Assembly: GCA_015492495.1 (NCBI GenBank) | Contig: WGEY01000043.1 | Span: 1-62,112 of the forward strand | Origin: Deltaproteobacteria bacterium | GTDB taxonomy: Bacteria; Desulfobacterota; GWC2-55-46; DRQE01 | DNA length: 62,112 nucleotides | Direction of reading: 5' to 3' | Shown: piece by piece, positions 1 through 11,407 of the stretch | How positions within the stretch are numbered: position 1 is the stretch's first letter | Layout: the number at the start of each line of letters is the position of its first letter | Notes under the pieces: model-generated | The model's database searches: none | Told to the model about the DNA's origin: nothing | Seen by the model: only the letters and a program-made list of their open reading frames with translations | Made by a program: the position numbers and the translations under genes

Positions 1-61
1 CTAACTCCTTGACTATCTGTGCAGCTTGTGAGAAGTTCTCTATCGTGGCTCTCTGGGCCAT
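1..61 (-). CDS. Partial CDS (first 20 codons, MAQRATIENFSQAAQIVKEL...) reading out of the window; product unknown.
   Basis: ATG on the minus strand at 61..59 with AAGGAGG 7 nt upstream. Identical to the partial CDS at 62049..62112. Confidence 0.45.
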   Translation of the reverse strand, partial: MAQRATIENFSQAAQIVKEL

Positions 62-147
62 AGGGGTACCTCCTTATAGTTGGTATAGTTGGACCGCTAT
101 AAATGGTACCCCTTCCTCTTTACTGACACAAGATAAGATACATTACC
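1..147. repeat. Left copy of a perfect 147-bp inverted repeat shared with the right window end (61963..62109). Probably the outer end plus 5' region of a repeated, IS-like element.
   Basis: Bases 1-147 are the exact reverse complement of 61963-62109, compared base by base. Identity stops at 148 / 61962. Confidence 0.9.
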
Positions 148-163
148 CGCAGAAGATCCGGAT

Positions 164-192
164 TTGACATTCTACACATTGTAGAATATAGT
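164..192 (+). promoter_or_regulatory. Sigma-70-type promoter whose spacer is a perfect palindromic operator.
   Basis: TTGACA (164-169), then a 17-nt spacer TTCTACA-CAT-TGTAGAA (170-186, perfect 7-3-7 palindrome), then TATAGT (187-192). Confidence 0.55.
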
Positions 193-480
193 ATTATTCA
201 TGGAGGGCAACGAGGTTTTGATTGAAATGCAATGGTTGCCATATTCACGAAATGGTTGAGAAAGGAGGACGAGATGGTTAGGACGCGTTTCATGCTGCCG
301 AGGGTCGCCCACTGCGACGAAGGACACTCTATCTGGTCCTGGGCATGACCCTAAACTGCCCGCCTGTTCGGTGACCCCGCAGCTTTGCGGCTTGACGGCA
401 GGTCGGGACTGAAAAAGATTAAGGATTACGGTTACGGTGGTATGACTAAGTGGCCTTGTTATTAAGGCCTGGGGGATGAG

Positions 481-660
481 ATGGATGGTTTAGGCTGGGT
501 TATATGGTTGATCATACTGGGCGGGTTTTTCTTTCTTATGATGAGAAAGGGTGGCTGCGGCGGCGGGCACGGCCACAGCGGCAAGGATGACGGGGCTTCC
601 GGTGGAGATAAGCACGGACACGGTGGCAAAGCGAGGAGCGGGAAGGGAGGCTGTCACTGA
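481..660 (+). CDS. Small membrane-anchored His/Gly-rich protein of 59 aa (DUF2933-like, family name from memory); not in the ORF track because it is under 60 aa.
   Basis: ATG at 481 after GGGGGA. Translation is MDGLGWVIWLIILGGFFFLMMRKGGCGGGHGHSGKDDGASGGDKHGHGGKARSGKGGCH*. One N-terminal TM helix, then a His/Cys/Gly tail. Sits at the head of the copper genes. Confidence 0.6.
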   Translation: MDGLGWVIWLIILGGFFFLMMRKGGCGGGHGHSGKDDGASGGDKHGHGGKARSGKGGCH

Positions 661-698
661 GGCCTGTTCCCGGTGTCCCCGGATATGGAGGTGTTGCC

Positions 699-965
699 AT
701 GAAGCAGTTGGACTGGAGAGTGGTGTGCCTTTCCGCTGGCGGGTTCCTCAGCATCACCTATGTGCTCTGCGTAGCCTTTGACCTGCTCTTTCCGCGTTAC
801 GCAATGTACGGTGTGTGGATGAAGCTTCTGCCCGGCTTCGAGTGGCTTTCTTGGAGGAGCTTCTTGCTGGGGCTTATAGAAACTGCTTTATACGGCGTGT
901 ACTTCGGGTTGGTGTTCGTTCCGATGTATAATTTTGTATCGAGGTTTTTCAATAGACCGGCGTGA
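699..965 (+). CDS. Small two-TM membrane protein of the kind found next to metal-efflux genes (DUF5676-like, from memory).
   Basis: 88-aa ORF with GGAGG 8 nt upstream. Hydrophobic segments are VVCLSAGGFLSITYVLCVAF and LYGVYFGLVFVPMY. Operon context with the YHS gene and copA. Confidence 0.6.
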   Translation: MKQLDWRVVCLSAGGFLSITYVLCVAFDLLFPRYAMYGVWMKLLPGFEWLSWRSFLLGLIETALYGVYFGLVFVPMYNFVSRFFNRPA

Positions 966-1014
966 GGGGCTTCCAGGTTGCTCGTGTCGACTGTCAATCA
1001 CAAGGAGGTATATT

Positions 1015-1197
1015 ATGGATAGGGATCCTGTCTGTGGCAGGAAGATGAACCGTAACAAGGCCTACTTCACCATAGAATACAACGGTCGGCGATACTATCT
1101 CTGCTGCCCCTTGTGTCAGGCGGAGTTCGAGAAGGATCCGGAAAGATACGTTGTAAAGACCGGAAAAAAAACTGGTGGTGGGAAAAGACGCAGTTGA
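1015..1197 (+). CDS. YHS/TRASH-type metal-binding domain protein.
   Basis: AAGGAGG then ATG at 1015. Motif DPVCGRKM...YYLCCPLCQAEFEKDPERY. The track ORF 934..1197 has a spurious N-terminal extension. Confidence 0.8.
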   Translation: MDRDPVCGRKMNRNKAYFTIEYNGRRYYLCCPLCQAEFEKDPERYVVKTGKKTGGGKRRS

Positions 1198-1447
1198 TTG
1201 CTTAAACCTTCCCTCTTCTGTTCATTGCGCCCTGCAGTGTCAGCGCGGGCGGGAGAGGCGTTGCGGTGTGCTTAGACGCCCACGATCAATGGCAAAGAAG
1301 GCGCATGACAGGCTTATGCCCCGTGATATGTGTGCACCCGTCGTGGAATAGCCCGGCTGTGTGATAACCTCAGAGGCTGGTTTTAGGCCCGGTTAACCCG
1401 GTTAAGCAGAGATTGTTTGACGGCATGTCCGGACAACGGAGTATACA

Positions 1448-3985
1448 ATGGAGTATGATGAAGATGACGATGAAGGTATTCTCATGAAGGTGCGTGGTGT
1501 TGAACCGGTGTGCGAGATGGGTGTACCGGGGTCGGTAAGGCTGTCAATTGCGGGCATGACATGCTGGCGTTGCGCGTTAAGGGTTGAAGAGGCGCTCAAC
1601 AACATGGATGGCGTGGAAAGTGCGGTCGTGAACCTGAGCAGCGCAGAGGCCTTTGTCACCTACGACACGCGCAAGGTGTCTGTCTCCGAGTTGGCCGGTG
1701 CAATAAGAAAAGAAGGCTTCGATGTGGGGACAAGCTGCCTCACCATGGGCATAAAGGGCATGCGTTGCGCCTCATGTGTCTCGAAGATAGAGGATGCGCT
1801 CAACTCCACGCCAGGCGTGGTGGATGCCGTGGTGAACCCGGCAAGCGAGTCGGCCAGGGTGGAGTACCTGCCCGGGCTTGTTGATGCTGACACCGTGGAG
1901 CAGGCCGTGGTCGGAGCCGGATACGCGGTCGGGAGGCCGTCTGCCGAGGAGCCGGAGGACAGGGAGCAGGCAGCCAGGCAGAGGGAGCATGCGACCCTCA
2001 TGAAAAAGTTCTGGCTAAGCATCATAATAGGTGTGCCGGTGATGGCCCTTTCATATCCTGACTACATCGGTCTTGGCGAGCTCCTGCCGCGAGGAAGCAC
2101 AGCGTTGCGCATCGTATGGGGATTCATGGGGCTTTTGACCCTCCCGGTGCTATTGTGGGCCGGAAATCAGTTTTTCATAGGGGCCTGGAATGCATTCAGG
2201 CATCGCTCGGCCGATATGCACACCCTGATAGCCATAGGTATATCCTCCGCATGGATATACTCCACTGTCGCCGTCCTCTTTCCATGGATATTCCCGAGGG
2301 CCGAGCTGGCCGATGTTTTCTACGACGTTACCGCCATTGTGACGGCCCTTGTTGTGCTGGGTATGGCCCTTGAGCTTCGAGCGAGGAGCAGGACCAACGA
2401 GGCGATAAAGAAGTTGATGAGCCTTCAGGCCCGCACCGCAAGGGTCATAAGGGACGGGAAGGAGGAGGACATACCGGTAGAAGAGGTGGTGGTGGGTGAC
2501 ATAATACTCGTAAGGCCTGGGGAGAAGGTGCCGGTGGATGGCGTCGTCACGGAGGGCTCGTCAGCTGTGGACGAATCCATGGTGACCGGAGAGTCGATAC
2601 CGGTCGAGAAGTCGACGGGTGACGAGGTGATAGGCGCCACCATAAACAAGACCGGTTCGTTCAAGTTCAGGGCGTCGAAGGTAGGCAAGGACACGATGCT
2701 TTCGCAGATTATAAGGATGGTTCAGGACGCCCAGGGCTCCAAGGCCCCGATACAGAGGGTGGTGGACCGGGTGGCCGGCTATTTTGTTCCGACGGTCATA
2801 ATCATTGGCATACTTGCGTTCATGGCATGGTTCACATTCGGTCCGGAGCCACAGCTCATATACGCTGTGGTGGTGTTCGTGAGCGTCTTGATAATTGCGT
2901 GTCCATGCGCTCTTGGCCTGGCCACGCCGACGAGCCTCATGGTCGGGGTGGGCAAGGGGGCTGAGAACGGTATCCTCATAAAGAGCGGGGACGCGCTTGA
3001 GACAGCGCACAAGCTGAACGCCATAGTCCTTGACAAGACAGGCACCATAACGGTGGGCAGGCCTTCCCTCACAGATGTGGTGGTGTCAGGCGGCGTTACG
3101 GAAAACGATCTTCTGCTCTACGCAGCCTCGGTAGAGAGGGGATCGGAGCATCCGCTCGGAGAGGCCATAGTAGAGGGTGCGCGGCAGAGGGGGCTCGCTC
3201 TCCTCAAGGCCGACAACTTCAAGGCCATCCCGGGCCACGGCGTAGAGGCTGTGGTTGCCGGCAGAAGGCTGCTTCTCGGCAACATCAAGTTGATGCGGGC
3301 CGAGGGTGTTGCAACGGGCGGTGCGAAGGCCGGGGCCGAAAGGCTTGCAGATGAGGGCAAAACCCCTATGTACGTGGCGATAGATGGCAGCCTCGCCGGC
3401 CTCATAGCTGTTGCCGACACGGTCAAGGAGGATTCGGCCAGCGCGATAAGAGCGCTGAAGGGGCTCGGGCTCGAGGTGGTGATGATCACCGGTGACAACG
3501 AGCGGACCGCGCAGGCCATCGCCAGGGAGGTCGGCATAGACAGGGTCATGGCCGAGGTTGTTCCGGAGGACAAGGCGCATCAGGTCCGCCTGCTTCAGCT
3601 GGAGGGCAAAAAGGTGGGCATGGTGGGGGACGGCATAAACGATGCCCCTGCCCTTGCTCAGGCCGACGTGGGTATGGCAATAGGCACGGGTACTGACGTT
3701 GCAATGGAGGCCTCGGATATCACGCTCGTGAAGGGAAGCCTGAGCAAGGTGGCCACGGCCATAGAGCTTTCCAGGGCCACGATGAGAAACATAAAGGAGA
3801 ATCTCTTCGGTGCCTTCGTATACAACGGCCTCGGCATCCCGGTGGCCGCGGGCCTGCTCTATCCATTTTCCGGAATGCTTCTTTCACCTATAATAGCCGG
3901 AGCGGCCATGGCCTTCAGCTCAGTGACCGTTGTCACAAATGCCAACCGCCTAAGGATGTGGAAGCCGCGGGAGGTGAGGGGATGA
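1448..3985 (+). CDS. copA: Copper-translocating P1B-type ATPase.
   Basis: Two HMA motifs (GMTCWRC, GMRCASC), TGES, the CPC motif ([13 protein letters not shown]), DKTGTIT and GDGINDAP. The exact start is uncertain (1448 or a downstream ATG). Confidence 0.95.
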   Translation: MEYDEDDDEGILMKVRGVEPVCEMGVPGSVRLSIAGMTCWRCALRVEEALNNMDGVESAVVNLSSAEAFVTYDTRKVSVSELAGAIRKEGFDVGTSCLTMGIKGMRCASCVSKIEDALNSTPGVVDAVVNPASESARVEYLPGLVDADTVEQAVVGAGYAVGRPSAEEPEDREQAARQREHATLMKKFWLSIIIGVPVMALSYPDYIGLGELLPRGSTALRIVWGFMGLLTLPVLLWAGNQFFIGAWNAFRHRSADMHTLIAIGISSAWIYSTVAVLFPWIFPRAELADVFYDVTAIVTALVVLGMALELRARSRTNEAIKKLMSLQARTARVIRDGKEEDIPVEEVVVGDIILVRPGEKVPVDGVVTEGSSAVDESMVTGESIPVEKSTGDEVIGATINKTGSFKFRASKVGKDTMLSQIIRMVQDAQGSKAPIQRVVDRVAGYFVPTVIIIGILAFMAWFTFGPEPQLIYAVVVFVSVLIIACPCALGLATPTSLMVGVGKGAENGILIKSGDALETAHKLNAIVLDKTGTITVGRPSLTDVVVSGGVTENDLLLYAASVERGSEHPLGEAIVEGARQRGLALLKADNFKAIPGHGVEAVVAGRRLLLGNIKLMRAEGVATGGAKAGAERLADEGKTPMYVAIDGSLAGLIAVADTVKEDSASAIRALKGLGLEVVMITGDNERTAQAIAREVGIDRVMAEVVPEDKAHQVRLLQLEGKKVGMVGDGINDAPALAQADVGMAIGTGTDVAMEASDITLVKGSLSKVATAIELSRATMRNIKENLFGAFVYNGLGIPVAAGLLYPFSGMLLSPIIAGAAMAFSSVTVVTNANRLRMWKPREVRG

Positions 3986-4359
3986 TTACCAAGATCATCG
4001 TCGACGCGGTCGGTCTGGTTTTAATAGTGCTTATAGCCTGGTACTTCTGGTTTTCGCGGAAAAAGGGCGAGGCGGCCGCGGTGAGCGGCGGGGTTCAGGA
4101 GGCCTACATAATCGTCAAGGGCGGCTACACCCCGGATGTGATCATAGTTAAGGCGGGAAAGCCTGTCAGGCTCATATTCGAGCGCCGCGAGGCGTCTCCT
4201 TGCTCCGAGAGGGTTGTGTTCAAGGACTTCAATGTATCCAGACTCCTTCCGGAAGGGGAGAAGGTGGCCGTGGAGATCACACCGGAAAGACCGGGTGAGT
4301 ATGAGTTCGCCTGTCAGATGGGGATGTTCAGGGGCCGGCTCGTTGCAGAGGCCGGATGA
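3982..4359 (+). CDS. Membrane-anchored cupredoxin-like domain protein.
   Basis: Its ATG overlaps the copA stop (ATGA at 3982-3985). N-terminal TM helix. C-terminal motif [14 protein letters not shown], typical of cupredoxin-fold partners of CopA. Confidence 0.75.
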   Translation: MITKIIVDAVGLVLIVLIAWYFWFSRKKGEAAAVSGGVQEAYIIVKGGYTPDVIIVKAGKPVRLIFERREASPCSERVVFKDFNVSRLLPEGEKVAVEITPERPGEYEFACQMGMFRGRLVAEAG

Positions 4360-4474
4360 AAATCAAAAATTTAATTCTATTTTAATGGCCCGGCCTTCTC
4401 AGGGGTATGGTAAGGCACTATAATTAAAGTAGGGAAAGGGAAAAAATCCTAACCATGGAAGGGGGTGACGGGTC

Positions 4475-4702
4475 ATGAGGAGCCGGGAATACCTTCGCCA
4501 TCATAAAGAGTTGCCTGTCGAGATAGCCCTGCTCATACTGACCTTGATCATCATAGGCGGGCTTTCACTGCCCATATGGGCCATGATCGTGACACTGTTC
4601 GAGGCTCTGGTGGTGCTTTCACCTCTGCTTGTCGCCGTCGGGGTTATTGTTGGAATAGTAAAAGGGGTACATTACCTCATCAAACGCCGGAGAACCGGAT
4701 GA
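4475..4702 (+). CDS. Hypothetical small membrane protein (two TM helices).
   Basis: 75-aa ORF with GGGGGTGA upstream of the ATG. Strongly hydrophobic core and a basic C-terminus. No recognisable family. Confidence 0.4.
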   Translation: MRSREYLRHHKELPVEIALLILTLIIIGGLSLPIWAMIVTLFEALVVLSPLLVAVGVIVGIVKGVHYLIKRRRTG

Positions 4703-4758
4703 CTTGGTCAGGTGAGGGAAAGCGGTCTGGATTGTGCCGAACATCCCGACGCATGCGA

Positions 4759-6930
4759 TCACTTGGAGACCAGTACCTCGGCACGCCCTTCCTTACGCGT
4801 GACGTTTATGCCGACGTCTCTGGCGTGACGGTAGAGGGTGATGTCCATCGAGGCTGAGCCGACCTTCAGGTTCTTGATCGTCACCTCCTTGAGAAAGGCC
4901 GGCAGGGCGGGGTTGTTGAAGTATACCTTGTTGTTTTTTGCCTGTATGGAAAGCCCCATGCATGCCTGCAGGAGCATGAAGACCGAGCCGGTGGCCCAGG
5001 CCTGCGGGTCACAGGCGACCGGATAAAGGGTGGGGCCTTCCCTTTCGAATCTGTTGAAGCCGCAGAAGAGCTCCGGCAGGCGGTGCAGCTGTACAAAGAT
5101 ACTTGCGTCGAAAAGGCCTGTGAGTACTTTCAGGGCGGCGTCTTTCAAACCGTAACGCGCCATTCCGTACGCTATCATCGCATTGTCGTGCGGCCATATG
5201 GAACCGTTATGGTACGACATGGGGTTGTAACGCACCTCCCGCGAGGCTATGGTCCTTATGCCCCATCCGGTGAAGAAGTCCTCGGAAAGGAAGTTTTCGG
5301 TGACTGCCCTTGCATGCGACTCGGTGGCTATACCGGAAAAAAGACAGTGACCTGCGTTAGAGCTCTTCACGCGGCAGCTCTTTTTCTCACCGTCCAGTGC
5401 AATCGCGTATATGCGCAAGTCGTCGCACCAGAAGGCCTTGAGAAACCTCTCGCGAAGTGATTCTGCCTCTGATAGGAGTCTTCTGCCCCTGTCCACGTCG
5501 CCAGTCTCTAGCGCTATGCGCCCGGCCCTAAGCTTGGCCTCGTACACATAGCCCTGAACCTCGCACAGTGCAATGGGCGGGGCGGCAAGCCTGCCGTCGT
5601 GGTGGAAGACGGAGTCGTCCGAATCCTTCCACCCCTGGTTGGTAAGCCCTTCCCTTCCGTGGCGCGAGTACTCTACGAAGCCGTCCTTGTCCGAATCACC
5701 GTAGTTGTCGATCCAGTCCAAGGCCATCTCTATGTGCGGCCAGAGTTGCTGGATGAACTCCCTGTCCCCCGTCCGCTCATAGTAGTGTCCTGCCAGGATT
5801 ATGAAAAGAGGGGTCGCATCGACGGTACCATAGTACTGCCCGAACGGTATCTCTCCCAGGGCGGCCATCTCGCCCTTGCGTTCTTCGTGTAGGATCTTGC
5901 CGGGTTCGGCCTCCTGCTCGGGGATGAGCTCTGTAGCCTGGCGGGCGGCCAGGTAGCTTAGCACCCCGTGCGCAATGTCAGGGTTCAGCCACAGGGTTTC
6001 GAGGGCTGTTATTATGCCGTCACGCCCGAAGACCGTGTTGAACCACGGTATGCCCGCGTACGGGTAAAGGCCGTGATCGGTCTGGGTCAGCATCATGTAC
6101 AGATCAGCCTGCGAGCGGTTAAGCCAGTCGTTGAACTGCTCGTTGGATGTTTCCACGATACATGTATCATTCCTGAGCTCGTGGTGCTCCTTCCTGGCCC
6201 TGTCAAATGCGGCCTTGTAGGAGGTGACGGCAGCCACAGGCCCTGAGCCCTCAGTCTTGCACAGAACCTTCAGGTGATATGTGGCCTGCTCGTGTGAATC
6301 CAGTCTGGTTGAGAAGTTTGCATGGTCTGCCCCGACATCCTCGGGGCCGTCGAAGAAGTCGATGCATGTATTCCTCGTCCGTTCATCCAGCCCCCTGTAC
6401 CCGAGTACCACCCTGGTGCCCTCTATCCTCGGTTCCAGGCTCTCGCCGCGCCTTTCCCTCTTTAAGCCACGGACCTCAAAGATGTCAACGTGATCGGCCT
6501 CGAAGTTGTAGGAGAAGGAAAAGCCAACAGGCTCAAGGCCGTAGTTGCGTATGTTTATGCTTTCATAGTACCCGCCGCGCCAAAGGAAGATCGTCCTGCG
6601 AAGGTAGAGTGTGCCCTTGTGTATCATTCTGCCTTCAGGGGTTTCGAAGTCGGGGTTTGTAACATCTACTACAAGGAGGTCGTTATCCTCCTTGACCAGG
6701 GAGCTCAGGAGCAGGGGGCTTTTTCCCTCGAACCTGAGAACCAGTCGCGAAAGGAACCTTGTCCCCTCGTGGTAGAGCCCGTGGTCCTCGAAGCCGAGGG
6801 GGCGGATGTCTCCGTGCCGGTCGAAGAGGGCGAAGGTGTCCCCGTGCTTGAGCACCCGGCTCTGCTCGTCCGCAAGCGAAGAGGTGGCCAGTATGTAGAA
6901 TTTGTCGTGTATGCGCAGAAATTCTTCCAT
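4759..6930 (-). CDS. Amylo-alpha-1,6-glucosidase / glycogen-debranching-enzyme family protein.
   Basis: 723 aa. Contains GIPWFNTVFGRDGIITALE and NQGWKDS, which are GDE-type (alpha/alpha)6 barrel signatures, plus an N-terminal GDE_N-like region. Confidence 0.85.
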   Translation of the reverse strand: MEEFLRIHDKFYILATSSLADEQSRVLKHGDTFALFDRHGDIRPLGFEDHGLYHEGTRFLSRLVLRFEGKSPLLLSSLVKEDNDLLVVDVTNPDFETPEGRMIHKGTLYLRRTIFLWRGGYYESINIRNYGLEPVGFSFSYNFEADHVDIFEVRGLKRERRGESLEPRIEGTRVVLGYRGLDERTRNTCIDFFDGPEDVGADHANFSTRLDSHEQATYHLKVLCKTEGSGPVAAVTSYKAAFDRARKEHHELRNDTCIVETSNEQFNDWLNRSQADLYMMLTQTDHGLYPYAGIPWFNTVFGRDGIITALETLWLNPDIAHGVLSYLAARQATELIPEQEAEPGKILHEERKGEMAALGEIPFGQYYGTVDATPLFIILAGHYYERTGDREFIQQLWPHIEMALDWIDNYGDSDKDGFVEYSRHGREGLTNQGWKDSDDSVFHHDGRLAAPPIALCEVQGYVYEAKLRAGRIALETGDVDRGRRLLSEAESLRERFLKAFWCDDLRIYAIALDGEKKSCRVKSSNAGHCLFSGIATESHARAVTENFLSEDFFTGWGIRTIASREVRYNPMSYHNGSIWPHDNAMIAYGMARYGLKDAALKVLTGLFDASIFVQLHRLPELFCGFNRFEREGPTLYPVACDPQAWATGSVFMLLQACMGLSIQAKNNKVYFNNPALPAFLKEVTIKNLKVGSASMDITLYRHARDVGINVTRKEGRAEVLVSK

Positions 6931-6936
6931 CTCAGT

Positions 6937-7992
6937 TCATACCCTGGATGCCTCAAGCGGCGGATGAGTGGTCTCCACGAGCCCCTCGTATATGTCGAGG
7001 TACTCCCGGGCCATCCTTGCCGATGTGAACCTCTCCTCAAAGACCTCCCTGCAACGCCTGCGGCTTATGGTGGATATCTTCTCCACCGCCTTTACTGCCT
7101 CGTCTATATTCTGGACGATGAAGCCGTTCACGCCATGCTCTATTACCTCGGGCACAGACCCGTGCGGTCTCGCTATGACCGGTGTGCCCGAGGCCATGGC
7201 CTCTATCATAACCAGGCCGAAGGGCTCCGGCCAATCGATCGGAAAGAGGAGTGCCAGTGCGTTACCCAGAAATTCGTTCTTTTCGGCCTCTCCGATCTCG
7301 CCTACGTACTCGATGAGCGGGTGATCCATGAGAGGCTCGACAACGGTCTCGAAGTAGGTTTGGTCGATCTTGTCCACCTTGGCTGCTATCTTCAGGGGCA
7401 GTCCCACCCGTTTAGCTATTTCCACGGCGTAATCGACCCTCTTCTCAGGGCTTATCCTGCCCAGAAAGGCGAGATACCCGCCGCTGCCCTCCATGTATCG
7501 GTGCAGGTCCTCTGGAAGACCGTGATGGACCGTGCCCTGCCAGTTTATCCAGTGCAGCGGCCTTCTCTGTGCGTCCGACACCGATATGACCGGTATGTCG
7601 GAGAACTCCTCGTACAGGGGGACGAGGTCCGGGATGTCAAGCCTGCCGTGCAACGTGGTCACCGAAGGGGTCTTCATGCGCCGCATCAGTGGGAATGGCA
7701 GGTAGTCTATGTGTGAATGTATGATGTCGAACTCATGAGCAAGCTGAAATACACGCTCGACCATCAGGACATGGTGGGCGATCTGGTCCACGCAGTGCTT
7801 GTCCAGACGGAGCGAGCGGTGGCACTGTGCCACGAGCTTTGCCTCGGTCTCGGAATCCCCGCTGGCAAAGAGCGTTACGTCGTGTCCCATGCGAACCAGT
7901 TCCTCGGTCAGATATGATACGACCCTTTCGGTCCCACCGTAGTACTTCGGGGGCACACTCTCAAAAAGCGGTGCTACTTGTGCTATCTTCAT
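6937..7992 (-). CDS. Glycosyltransferase, GT4 (group 1) family.
   Basis: 351 aa with the C-terminal E-x7-E region EPFGLVMIEAMASGTPVIA. Lies 6 nt upstream of the GDE gene on the same strand. Confidence 0.85.
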   Translation of the reverse strand: MKIAQVAPLFESVPPKYYGGTERVVSYLTEELVRMGHDVTLFASGDSETEAKLVAQCHRSLRLDKHCVDQIAHHVLMVERVFQLAHEFDIIHSHIDYLPFPLMRRMKTPSVTTLHGRLDIPDLVPLYEEFSDIPVISVSDAQRRPLHWINWQGTVHHGLPEDLHRYMEGSGGYLAFLGRISPEKRVDYAVEIAKRVGLPLKIAAKVDKIDQTYFETVVEPLMDHPLIEYVGEIGEAEKNEFLGNALALLFPIDWPEPFGLVMIEAMASGTPVIARPHGSVPEVIEHGVNGFIVQNIDEAVKAVEKISTISRRRCREVFEERFTSARMAREYLDIYEGLVETTHPPLEASRV

Positions 7993-8198
7993 CTCTCCAC
8001 TCCTTTCTCTTCCACTGGGAAGCCTTCGGTTGCTCCGAGATGAAAAGAATATGCCCTCCCGGGGTATTTTTTTATATTGTTAATCGCCGGCCGTCCCGGA
8101 TGTGCCGTATCCATCCGGGCTCAAACGGCAAAGGTGACGGTACCGGGCAGCGGCCCGGTACCGAGAGAAGAGTTGTCGTTGCAGGGACGTACCCTGCG

Positions 8199-10862
<2,664 letters not shown>

Positions 10863-10875
10863 ATCCGCCTTGTCG

Positions 10876-11385
10876 TTATTCGTCGTAGCAACAGGGATCG
10901 TCCGGCCGGTTGATGACGGAACTTACGGTCGAAGATGAAAATCCCCTTGAGCGCAGGTGCCGCATGGCCCTCATCGCGACGTCCCGCGAAAACGTGCCGC
11001 CGGGGTCGTTCCTTCTAAGCCACCTTTCGAGCACCTCGCGTGCAGCGTTCAACTCCTCGGTGGCATCTATCTCATCTATAACCCTGTCTGCGACCTCACT
11101 TGCGATACCCCTTCTCTTGAGGAGGCAGGCCACCTTTATCCTTCCCCACCTTCTTTGCCTTATCCTCGAAAGGGCAAGCCCTCTTGCAAGGGCCTCGTCG
11201 TCGAGATACCCGAGTTCGGTGAGCCTGCGGACGGCACCGGAAATCTCTTCCTCGGCGCACCCTCTGGAGCGGAGCTTTTTTTGAAGCTCGCTCGTAGAGT
11301 ACTGCCTGTATGAAAGGAGCCTTAGCGCCTCGTCCATGGCCCTCGGCGCGCCGGCGCCAGGGTCTGCAAAACGTCCTTTTCTCAT
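10876..11385 (-). CDS. recX: RecA regulator RecX.
   Basis: RecX-type three-helix repeats (LRLLSYRQYSTSELQKKL...). Start moved to the ATG at 11385 because the longer track ORF would overlap the upstream ATPase gene. Confidence 0.85.
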   Translation of the reverse strand: MRKGRFADPGAGAPRAMDEALRLLSYRQYSTSELQKKLRSRGCAEEEISGAVRRLTELGYLDDEALARGLALSRIRQRRWGRIKVACLLKRRGIASEVADRVIDEIDATEELNAAREVLERWLRRNDPGGTFSRDVAMRAMRHLRSRGFSSSTVSSVINRPDDPCCYDE

Positions 11386-11407
11386 CGGCCTCCGCGGCTT
11401 GGATACC

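Noticed and set aside
232-348. Mini-ORFs in the copper-module leader (38-aa 232..348 and the nested 24-aa 274..348) as real genes.
   Set aside because: They are too short and have no recognisable family. One has a good RBS, so they are mentioned under the promoter finding but not called as features.
6490-7716. 408-aa plus-strand ORF spanning the GDE/GT4 gene junction.
   Set aside because: It is antisense to two well-supported genes and crosses their intergenic gap. It has no motifs, so it is a GC-driven open frame.
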